Positions 1 through 12,700 of a stretch of 64,000 bases of DNA are shown in pieces. Location of the stretch: assembly GCA_020891255.1 (NCBI GenBank), contig BQFW01000013.1, forward strand, positions 434,001 through 498,000, given 5' to 3'. The stretch's first letter is position 1. Every line of letters starts with the position of its first letter. This DNA is from Entomortierella parvispora E1425. Taxonomy: Eukaryota > Fungi > Mortierellomycota. The position numbers and the translations under genes were made by a program. The notes below the pieces were generated by a model that saw only the letters and a program-made list of their open reading frames with translations, made no database searches and had not been told where the DNA came from.

Positions 1-1824
<1,824 letters not shown>

Positions 1825-1860
1825 AACCAACACCCTGCGATACACCGTGGTCGCTTTTTG

Positions 1861-1880
1861 CATCATCATCATCATCATCA
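1861..1880 (+). repeat. (CAT)6 trinucleotide microsatellite in SRPK 3' region
   Basis: catcatcatcatcatcatca read directly. Confidence 0.9.
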
Positions 1881-2923
1881 CCTCAAATAAATCCGTGCTT
1901 CGCCCAATCCGGAGGGCCATGACTGCTCAAAAAGGCACCCAAAAAAAAATTATTCATCTTTTTTAAAAAAAATTGTCAGCACGAATTGATCTGACCCCAA
2001 AAAAATTGCTCCCCCGCAATCTTCTCTGTGACCAGGATCTCATACCTCTCGGCGTTGTTGGACGATGCCAAGTGTACCACGAGAGGATTCCTTGACAAAG
2101 CACAAATGTCTGCACTTGGTCCTAGGTAGTAATGGGTGGCCAGGATATGTCCAGGTGGTCTAATTGCGGACTTTGTCTTTGTCAGGCCCATTACAGCGCC
2201 AAGAACAATCTCACCTCCGAGTCTGTCTACTCGCTCCACGTTTTTAACCATCGACATGCTCCACAAGTTCAGGATCTCGGATTGTCGTTTTTTCTAGGTC
2301 TTGCCATTCTTGGATGATATCTTTGTCATGAGAAAAACACTACATATTCAAACTACGGTTGTGACACTTCCATCCACAACAGCGGGTCGTTGTATTGATC
2401 AACAAAACAAGACGCGTATCGCACGGATCGGCACTAAACCACCCCAAGTTAGGTGGTGTAGCCATTGAGCTACATGTTTGGCATGGCGTGTAGAGCAAAA
2501 TGATCAGTGATCGCCGAGGCGCGAAGGAGAAGGATAGACAAACGGGACTGCTGACCAAGGAGGAGGCGCATGCAAGGGTCAATGGCGTGGATATGACTGT
2601 ACTTAGCGAACTTGGGAAGATTGAAGTCGAAGCTCTAAAGTGAATGATGGGCGAGTGCCTTCCTGGATTCGGTATTTGCGCTGAACAAGCATAGACATAT
2701 GGCTACTGAGAGCGAATCAAGAAACACTTTCTGTGCTTGTGTGGATATCCGCTTTTGGCCACTGCGTCAGACCAGACGGTCACTACGTTCTCTCTCTGTG
2801 TGTGAGTGTGTGTGGGCGACTATTTTGATTTTATTTGTAAGGGTGAATTCCCGCGTTTTGGTGGGGCGTGCTTTGTGTACTCTTCCGTCGGATTGTTGGT
2901 CCGTCCTTGTTCACTCCGAGAAG

Positions 2924-2936
2924 ACTATAAAAGTCA
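2924..2936 (+). promoter_or_regulatory. TATA-box-like element upstream of OLE1
   Basis: ACTATAAAAGTCA about 200 nt upstream of the ATG at 3132, followed by a pyrimidine-rich leader. Confidence 0.55.
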
Positions 2937-3131
2937 AGAACCACCCCCACTCATGGTCTTGTTCTGTCTTTATCTATCTTCAAGCAACTCCTTCCCTCTC
3001 TACCCTCCTACTTTGCACGGCGACCCTTTTGTTTTTCTCGTTGCCTGCTTCTCACTTTTCACCCTCTTCCTTTACGACCAACAGTCTCGCTCGTCCATAG
3101 TCGAATAGCCACAACTACCACACTCAAAGCC

Positions 3132-4581
3132 ATGGCGACTCCTCTTCCACCTACATTCGTCGTCCCTGCGACTCAGACAGAGACCAGAAGAGATCCTCTC
3201 CAGCACGATGTGTTGCCTCCTTTGTTCAAGGAGAAGGTCACTCTCACCAACTGGCACACCTTCCTTGACTGGAAGCACGTCCTCGGTCTTGGACTGACCC
3301 CCTTGATCGCCCTGTACGGTCTTTTGACCACCGAGGTCCAGAAGAAGACCCTTATCTGGTCTGTCATCTATTACTACGCCACAGGACTTGGAATCACCGC
3401 AGGCAAGTTCTCGGAAGAAAATCAGGACAAAAAAAAAAAACGATGGGGCACCCACCACTATTGAAGATCGATTGTCTTGAACTAACACCCCTTATCATAC
3501 CTTCATCTCAACAGGATACCATCGTCTTTGGGCACATCGTGCTTATAACGCAGGACCTGCCATGAGCTTTGTCTTGGCACTTCTTGGAGCTGGAGCTGTG
3601 GAGGGCTCAATCAAGTGGTGGTCTCGCGGCCATCGCGCTCATCATCGCTGGACCGACACTGAGAAGGACCCTTACAGCGCTCATCGTGGACTCTTCTTCT
3701 CGCATATTGGCTGGATGTTGATCAAGCGCCCCGGATGGAAGATTGGCCATGCTGACGTCGACGACCTCAACAAGAACAAGCTCGTTCAGTGGCAGCACAA
3801 GAACTACCTCCCCCTTGTCCTTTTCATGGGTATCATCTTCCCCACTCTCGTTGCTGGTCTTGGATGGGGTGACTGGCGTGGAGGTTACTTCTTTGCCGCC
3901 ATTCTCCGTCTTGTCTTTGTCCACCACGCTACCTTCTGTGTCAACTCTTTGGCTCACTGGCTCGGCGACGGTCCTTTCGATGACCGCCACTCTCCTCGCG
4001 ACCATTTCATCACCGCCTTTGTGACTTTGGGTGAGGGCTACCACAACTTCCACCACCAGTTCCCCCAGGATTACAGAAACGCCATTCGCTTTTACCAGTA
4101 CGATCCCACCAAGTGGGTCATTGCCATTTGCGCCTTCTTTGGACTTGCCACCCATCTTAAGACCTTCCCCGAAAACGAGGTTCGTAAGGGTCAGCTTCAG
4201 ATGATCGAGAAGCGTGTCTTGGAGAAGAAGACCAAGCTCCAGTGGGGTACCCCCATCTCCGAGTTGCCTGTCTTGTCGTTTGAGGATTACCAGCACGCTT
4301 GCAAGAACGACGACAAGAAGTGGATCTTGCTCGAGGGTGTTGTCTATGATGTCGCTGACTTCATGTCGGAGCATCCTGGTGGCGAGAAGTACATCAAGAT
4401 GGGCATTGGCAAGGACATGACTTCAGCCTTCAACGGTGGCATGTATGACCACTCGAACGCCGCCCGTAACTTGCTCAGCTTGATGCGTGTGGCTGTGGTC
4501 GAGTTCGGTGGTGAAGTCGAGGCCCAGAAGAAGAACCCCTCGCTTCCCATCTATGGAGCTGAGCACTCCAAGGACGACTAA
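3132..4581 (+). CDS. OLE1: Delta-9 fatty acid desaturase with C-terminal cytochrome b5; exons 3132-3402 and 3515-4581 (445 aa), GC-AG intron
   Basis: His boxes HRLWAH (formed by splicing), HRAHH and HNFHH; b5 heme motif HPGG; exon lengths sum to 1338 nt. Confidence 0.97.
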
Positions 4582-5003
4582 TGTCTTTCACTTTTACTTT
4601 CCTGCACATCGAAACAACATCCCAACCCTTCATAACACTCATTGTTATTTTACCCTCAATCGTCTTCCTTGCTGCTATGCCCATGAACACATAGCCACTC
4701 CTTGTACCATTTCCTTCTTCCCCGCCTTCACCTTGCATTGTGCTTCCCTGTTATACTACTTTACAATAAATAATCATGAAAAACAAAAAAAACGCGACCT
4801 GGGAATATTGAGAGAGGGAAGCTGCAGCAGCCTGCAGGTTACTCAGGTACCATTGAACGAAGTATCCCCTGTTGACACAGACAGGTGACTCCAACCTACT
4901 TTTTTCTGCTGACTGAAAGTCGTGCCGAAAATTCCAACCATCCATTCCGTTCTTTCTCAACTCTCCATTCCATCCACCTCACGCAATTCAACATCAACCA
5001 GCC

Positions 5004-6057
5004 ATGACCGCCACAATTTCCGACCCCAGCAAGACTATCCGCGTTGCACTCCTTGTGTGTGGCACGCCTGTCCCTCCTGTGGCCGGGCCCTTTGGAGAAT
5101 ATCCTGTCCTTTTTACAAACTTACTTTTGGAGGGGTTGGATCACCTGAAGACTGAGAAGGCTGTGGACCCCGAAACGATCTTGGTTCTGGAGGGATTCGA
5201 TGTCCGCGAGGATATTTATCCCAAGGACCTATCCGAATGGGACGGAATTCTCATCTCAGGCAGCGGTAAAGCATCATGATCTTAAGACTGCGCAAGCAAA
5301 TCGTCGTGGGACTCAGTGACAATCGTGCTGATACTCTCCTTGTCTTTATAGCATCCAATGCATACGACGATCTTCCCTGGATCAACAAGCTCGTTGACTA
5401 TGTTCAGAAAATCCCCAGAGACGAGAAGGCACCAAAGGTCGTGGGAATCTGTTTTGGACACCAGATCATTGGACGTGCTTACAACGCAAAAGTGGGCAAG
5501 AGCACACGCGGATGGGAGGTGAGTGAGAATAGCACTCGGACATTGCACTGTCATCACTTTTGCAGTACTGCAGGAACATTAATGTCATCAACTTTGTTCT
5601 TCGTAATAGCTGGGATGGACCCTAACGGAGTGCACTGAGGCTGGAAAAAAGTTCTGGAAGGACACCATCTTGGTAAGGACTTATTAAAAGCAAGGCGACT
5701 CTGACTTTGAGTGCCAGCCTTCTCAACGCCATTGGCTCACAATTGAACTCCCTTGGTCAATAGAGAATCCAAGAACTTCATCAGGATATTGTCGATGATG
5801 TCCCTCAAGGATTTACACTGCTTGCTAGTACTATTCATACGACCAACCAGTCTATGATCTCAAACGATCACAAGATCGTGACACTCCAGGGACATCCCGA
5901 GTTTACAGGTCCAATTATGAATGAATTCATCAAGTTCAGAACCGCCAATGGGACGTTCAGTAAAGAGCTGTCTGAGGCATCGACCAAAGTCGTGAACAAT
6001 CCCCTGGACCGAGTCAATGCCGCGGCGCGTATTTTGGAGTTCGTCCGGAAATCGTAG
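5004..6057 (+). CDS. Class I glutamine amidotransferase-like protein; exons 5004-5265, 5352-5518, 5610-5672, 5764-6057
   Basis: DGILISGS, GICFGHQ nucleophile elbow, HQD and QGHPEF; Cys-His-Glu triad intact; GT-AG introns in frame. Confidence 0.88.
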
Positions 6058-6211
6058 GACTTGATCTGCCCCCAAAAAAAGAAAAAAAGAAAAAGTGTGA
6101 CGTCATAGAATTAAATTTTAATCGCACGAGCTGGATTGGATGGATCCACAAAATATTGGCCGGCAGCGAATTCCAAAGTTTTTTCCTCCTCTACAAATCC
6201 ATATTTCCAAC

Positions 6212-7682
6212 ATGAGCTCGTTCGAAAAAGTAATTCGCAAGAGACAAGCTTGAGAGATGGGGCACTACAGGACTCGGGAGTCCACTCATCCAACTTCAAG
6301 GATCACTTCCGACCATCAGGAATCATTCAGACCGGGATCATCATAGTCATTGGGATCATGGATGACCAGAGAAGACCCATCCTGGTCTTTTGGATCCTGT
6401 CCTTCCTCTATGGATTCTCGAGGACGATGATGACGGCGGCATGATGGCAATACCAAGTGTTTACAACATCGTCAAAGTCATTGCAGACATCGTTTTGGTC
6501 AGGATTCATCTGGAGCATTTGCAAATTCGTCGGATTGGATTCATTGAATTCCATGTCGAATTTATGATTCTGCAACACATTCAAACATGTGAATCATCTC
6601 CAATGGACTACAAACCACCAGCAACGCAATCCTCGACCAACAATCAGTGATCTCAAACTATTCTGCATGGATGATCACCATCGTCGACCTAATTTCATCA
6701 GGACAGGCGCAACTTCATAGAGTTGGTTCAGATCACAGAGACTGACCCTTCGTCTACTTTTTGTTACCCGTCTTCTTTAGGTGGTTGTCATCGACGGTAA
6801 GGGCCACCTTTTGGGTCGCCTTGCCTCCATTGTTGCCAAGCAGGCCCTCACTGGTCAGCGTGTCGTTGTCGTCCGCTGCGAGGAGTTGAACGTTTCCGGT
6901 TCTTTCTTCCGTAACAAGCGTAAGTCAAGCACCAGGAGTTGTCTACAGTCTTTTGTCTATCGCACGGAGCCGGGATAGCACAGCGGAATATTTTTTGGGA
7001 CATACCATCATTGTCCTCTGGCCTCAGCCTGCCACTCTGAGAAGACGTGAACAAAAGACTCTGGAGAGCGGTTTCTTTCGACCATAGTCGACTTGAAGTG
7101 GAAGAGGCGTTTTGTGGTTATGGACGATGTGCACAGAGCGGGATGAAACATGCCGTGGCACCATATTGTGCGTACCGAGAATACATAGGCGGTATCTAAC
7201 CCATGCTTCCTACCTTTCTTTGACCTTTAGTGAAGTACCACGCTTTCCTCCGCAAGCGTTGCGTCGTCAACCCCGCCCGCGGTTCCTTCCATTTCCGTGC
7301 TCCTTCCCGCATCTTCTACCGTGCTATCCGCGGAATGGTCCCCCACAAGACTGCTCGTGGTGCCGCTGCTCTTGACCGCATCAAGCTCTTCGAGGGTGTC
7401 CCCCCTCCTTATGACCGCATGAAGCGCATGGTCGTCCCCTCGGCCCTCCGCGTCCTCAAGCTCAAGCCCGGTCGCAAGTACTGCACCATCAAGCGTGTCT
7501 CCCACGAGGTCGGCTGGAAGTACAACGACGTTGTCGCCAACCTCGAGGAGAAGCGCAAGGTCAAGTCCAAGGCTTTCTACGAGCGCAAGAAGGCTATCGC
7601 CAACGTCCGCGCCAAGGCTGTCTCTTCCAAGACCTCCGAGTTGGCTGCTGTCCAGGAGAAGATTGCTGCTCTCGGTTACTAA
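6212..7682 (+). CDS. RPL16: 60S ribosomal protein uL13 (L16/L13a); exons 6212-6229 (MSSFEK), 6781-6919, 7231-7682
   Basis: MSSFEK|[38 protein letters not shown]; strong codon bias; 551-nt and 311-nt introns. Confidence 0.96.
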
Positions 7683-8098
7683 ATATTTTCCTCACATTTT
7701 TGAGAGATTGTGTCCTGCGACTCTCATAGCATGAGAGGAAAAAACGAACAACAAGTTGTCGATCGATGAATAAAAATGAAGTCAATTGATGGCTCTTTGC
7801 TTGGAAACAAAAAAAAGAAAAAGAAACGGAATCGAAGATTATGGCCCATGGCAGCGGCGCTCTGTGTAGGAGTAAGGATACCCTCTCTTTTGGTAATATG
7901 GGTGCCCCGTCATGTTCTGTCTCGCACAAGTGCACGTTGTTGATTGTCCCCTTGCAGAGGGCGACAGATAAAGAGCCAAGAGGGCAGAAACGGTGGCTTG
8001 GCTATACGGTCCTTGAACCGAACTAGCGCCATAATAAGAACAAAAAAAAAGAATTTACAGTCCTTCACCCCCTCCCATTCACATTCACATTACCCATC

Positions 8099-9718
8099 AT
8101 GCCACCAAAGAAGGCCGTCACCGAGGAGAAGATCTTGTTGGGTCGTCCCTCCAACAACTTGAAGATTGGTGTCGTTGGTCTCCCCAACGTCGGGTACGGA
8201 TGTCTCTATTTTTTTGTGTTTATGGATCAGATCAGGACGTCATTACTGCCCTCCCTCGACACAGAAACGAGGATGAAGAATCCGACCGATCTAACCATGC
8301 ATATGCCGCCTGGCTCTCTGACCTAATAGAAAGTCCACCTTCTTCAACGCCATCACCAACTCGGCTGCTCCCGCTGAGAACTTCCCTTTCTGTACCATCG
8401 ACCCCGAGGAGTCCAGAGTTGCTGTTCCCGACGAGAGACTCGATGTATGAAACACAACGAACAACAAAAAAAAGCGAAGGCAGTGACTTGCCGCAGGAAC
8501 AAAGGATGGCCCTGAGCCTCTTGTGTGGACTGCGGCATGCCCTTGGACACCCTTTTTTTGTCTTGTCTTTCAATGGTCCGATATTAACCAAAGTACACGC
8601 AATCCCTGGTTGTAGATCCTTATGGAGAAGTTCAAGTCCACCACCAAGATCCCCGCCTGGTTGACGGTCATTGATATTGCTGGTTTGGTTAAGGGAGCCT
8701 CTGCTGGTGAGGGTCTCGGTAACGCTTTCTTGTCGCACGTCCGTGCCGTGGATGCCATTTTCCACGTCTGCCGTGCGTTCGATGAGGTCGATGTTATCCA
8801 CGTTGATGGAGAGGTCAACCCTATCAAGGATCTCGAGGTCATTCACCACGAGCTCCGTTTGAAGGATGAGGAGTTCATCAAATCCGCCATTGCTGATCTC
8901 AAGAAGACCATGGGCAAGTTGGGTTCCAACAACACCGCCCCTGAGCGTGCTCGTCAGGCCGAGATGGCCATCTTGGAGAAGTTGTTGAAGCACGTTGTTG
9001 AGGATCACAAGGATGTCCGTGTTGGTGACTGGAACAACAAGGAGGTTGAGGTCATTAACCCCCTCATGTTGTTGACTGCCAAGCCCGTCATCTACTTGGT
9101 CAACTTGTCCGAGGCTGATTATATCCGCAAGAAGAACAAGTGGCTCGCTAAGATCCACGCTTGGGTCCAGGCCAACAACCCCGGTGATATCCTCATTCCC
9201 TTCTCGGGATGCCTCGAGAGCAGAGTACGTATTCAAGTTGTTCCGTCTTTTTATTCATGAATATTTGGGATGAATGGCTCGCCCGAAAATGATGTCGCGT
9301 CGCTGACTTTTTTTTTGTTTTCTTTTTTTTTCTCTAGATCTCTGACATGTCCGAGACTGAGCGTGCCGAGGAGTTGACCAAGATCGGTACCACCTCTGCT
9401 TTGCCCAAGATTGTCGTCTCTGGTTACTCTGCCTTGAACTTGATCTACTACTTCACTGCTGGACCCATGGAGTCCAGATGTTGGTCGATCCGTAAGGGTA
9501 CCAAGGCCCCCCAGGCTGCCGGTGTCATTCACACTGATTTCGAGCGTGGTTTCATTATGGCTGAGACCATGCGTTTCGACGACCTCAAGGAGCTCGGAAG
9601 CGAAGCTGCTGTCAAGGCCGCCGGAAAGTACATGCAGAAGGGTCGCGACTACATTGTTCAGGATGGTGATATTATTCACTTCAAGTTCAACGTTACTGCC
9701 CAGCCCAAGAAGAAATAA
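8099..9718 (+). CDS. OLA1: Obg-like ATPase OLA1/YchF; exons 8099-8192, 8330-8444, 8616-9224, 9338-9718
   Basis: [50 protein letters not shown] and C-terminal TGS domain. Confidence 0.96.
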
Positions 9719-12700
9719 ATGAATGTGTGCATGTCTTTTTTTTTTTAAAGGAGAGCAGCAAGAAATATTATATTGTAAACCCTGACAACGTGAAGAACCT
9801 GTGCTTTTACGGACAATTTATGTTGTATAGGAGGAGCAAGGAGAGTGCTCAGGAGAACCATCGCCAAAGCTCCAAAGATGATTGACTGTCTACTTAAGGA
9901 ACCAAGGGGGTGACTCACTCGCGTTAAATGCCAATTGTTAACTCTGAGCGCTGTACAGCACATCCTCGAGTGATCCTGTACGAAGTGCTGCATCGTAGTA
10001 GACAATAACGTGAGTGCAAAGTACGCCTTTGAAGACATGTCAAAGGAGTCATTGACTGTCTTCAAAGAAAGAGCTCTAAGGAGCATTCATCTTCGTACGT
10101 GCTGGTGAAGCTTTATCTGTAGTTGACAATTGGAGATAGGCTTTGAACGTGAACTGGATCAAGTTCATTGCGAGTGACCAATCGAACCAGAGGTGCAAGG
10201 TTGAGGGAGAGAAGGAGAAGAACGGTATACTCAAGAACACTCAAGAGATCACAGGAAATGTAAAGGGATGCCCAACTCTGGGGTGCGCCGCTATAGTTCA
10301 GGACTTCTAGGATATGGCAGGACGCGCCTGGTGCAGTCCTATCGCACGCGAAGCAAAGCGCGGTTTCTTGAGGAGAACGGATTCATTGTTCAGCGGAATG
10401 TTTACTCTTTCTTTCTCAGGTACAATCTCATCTCTCTCGTTGATGCCGGGATCCTCCTCCGAAGCAGGATCCATCATATTCAGCGGTTCTTCACCTTTGT
10501 GCACTCTATCTTCGACTTCGATTCTGGCTCCGCAATAAAAATGGCAGAAGACGCGACCTCGCCCTTGGGTGGTGCAGAGAAAGAAATAGAACAAAAAAAA
10601 AATGCATGTGAGCGAACAAGGCTGATATCTTATCTGGGAAGGATACACCAACAGCGTAGAACGAAAAAAAAAGTTTGTTGCAGAGACGAGTTGCATGTGT
10701 TGCCCACAGACATGTGTGGACAGGCCTGTGGTGAACAAGCTGAGCACCTAGTGGAGAGAACAATGTAAGAAAAGTCTGAGGTGTGGCACTGTTTTTGTCT
10801 ACGGAGACGTTAGGAAGCCCAACCTCTCTCGTCACCATCACATACTGTCTGCAGGACAAGGTCTGCCCACCGGAGATGGGAAACGGAAATGGAGGTGAGA
10901 GGCTTACGGGGTTGAATCACAATTGTGGACGTTTCATTTGCCGAGGTATACTCAAGAACAGGTGTTCGCAGAGCGAGATGGAGGGTGCAGGCGAATGATG
11001 CCAAGGAATAAAAAAACAAGGTTGATGGTTGAGGAATGTTGAGAGTCTTTGTTGTTGTTGTCGTGGCTCTGCTCTCGAACACACTGCTGTGTCTGATATT
11101 ATTCGTTCCCACCCTCTTGTTTTTTTTGTTTTTGGCTTGACAGGGCAGCATTCCGGTGCCTTATCGTCACTGTCATTCGCTTTGCCTGCCCGCATTGACT
11201 TTAACCAACGACAATCCGGTTTCATGAATGTTTTCAAGTCGGGGGCACAGAGAAAGGCATCGTGCCAACAAGAACTCAAGGATTAGGTCTCACATGCGAA
11301 CGTTCGGAGAACTAAGAGGGGAGATGGACACTCAAGGTCCACTTCTGGAGCCCATGTGGGAAATGGTTGCCATGCACATGCACTGTACCATTCTCTATCG
11401 TAGAGGGCGGACAAACTACTGTAATAATTTTTCACCTTGCCCCCAAAAGTCCACTGCAGGAAGTACCTTTGTTAAAAGTACATTTGATGCATGCAACCAT
11501 GGTGCTTCGTTCTGCTGAACGCACCTAGTAGGAATCACAGGCTGTGGCACAGTATTTGGTCAACAATACACATTTTGTATGAGGGGATTCTTTTGGTTGT
11601 GCCTGAACATGGGTGATGGGGTTCAGTGATCTTTGTGGAAGAACACAATGGTGCAATGGTGCTGAAGGTTATTCCTTTTGTGCACACATGCATGAAAGTC
11701 CGGAACTGGGGAAACACACGGCCAGACAGCACCGTTCTATACCGACCAAAGATTGAGAAAACAAGGCGGGTATTTTATGTGAAATAGTAGTTCCACCGAA
11801 GTTGCTCGCACTAGTCGAACAACAATCCCGATTCAAGGGAGCAAACACCCCAAAAGAACAGCAGGGGCAGGAAAAGCTCCGTTGTGGAGGCCTCCAACGC
11901 AAGGGTGATCTCTGACTAACAACAGAAGCACAACAACATCAACAACGGCTGAAATTCTCGTCATGAGGAATGTTGAGAAAGGGCCTCCTTGCTAGCGCCT
12001 TCCCCTCTTTCCCTTCCATCGGTGATCTTCTGATTGGCACTCAGGCGGGGAGTGCTGCGGTTAGTGCCTCCTTCTCCACTCGTGTGGGATTGTCGTTGTC
12101 CAGAGCAAGACGACCAGGAGAATCATTTTATGTTTATATGGGCCACCCTGGCTCCTTGTGTGCATGTTTGTAGAGGGCGAACGAGGGGTGGCGACGAATA
12201 GAGAAGGCCGATAGAGCAATACAATGGGCTAGGATTGAATGCAACAGTCTTTGTAGAGAGTAACCGAGAGGGAAGAAAAAGGCTCTCACTGTGTTTATCT
12301 GTGAGCGCTCCCGCCTCCACAATGACCCAAAGTCTATCCTTCCACATTGCCCACAACCCACGAGGGGTAGAAAAGAGTGCCTTCAAGATAGAGGCCAAAG
12401 AGGTTTGATGTTTGAGAGAGATATGGTTCCCTACAACATGTGTGCACAGTCCACGTCAATTTCACGAGCAAAATGGGGTTCCAGTCTGGATACTCATTCC
12501 TGGCAGTATCCTGCCTTTGATAAATGAAAGTAGGAAGCGTACCTCGTCACTTCAAGCATGAGGAAATGAGACCGCGAAGTACGTAGCACAGCAGCGACCA
12601 GAAGAGAAAAGAGAGAATAGAGATTAGACAGCAGCAGACAGTGAGAAGAGAGACATTGTGTTTGATGAACCCTGCCATGTGCACTTGTGCCGCTTCATCC

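Noticed and set aside
6111-6299. 62-aa minus ORF ([10 protein letters not shown]...) and the plus ORFs 6136-6444 and 6390-6650
   Set aside because: They overlap the RPL16 promoter, first exon (6212-6229) and intron 1, and are explained as shadows of that structure
6230-7230. Intronic snoRNA in the long RPL16 introns
   Set aside because: A C-box-like ATGATGA at about 6427 has no CTGA D box within normal distance. The intron 2 hairpin plus ACA (7183) lacks a properly spaced pocket and H box. An Infernal/snoscan run would be needed to reopen this.
8232-9236. 334-aa minus-strand ORF
   Set aside because: Antisense shadow of the codon-biased OLA1 exons
10639-10646. Perfect U12-type donor GTATCCTT on the minus strand
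   Set aside because: No U12 branch site (TCCTTRAC) downstream and no host gene. About two such 8-mers are expected by chance in 128 kb of both strands.
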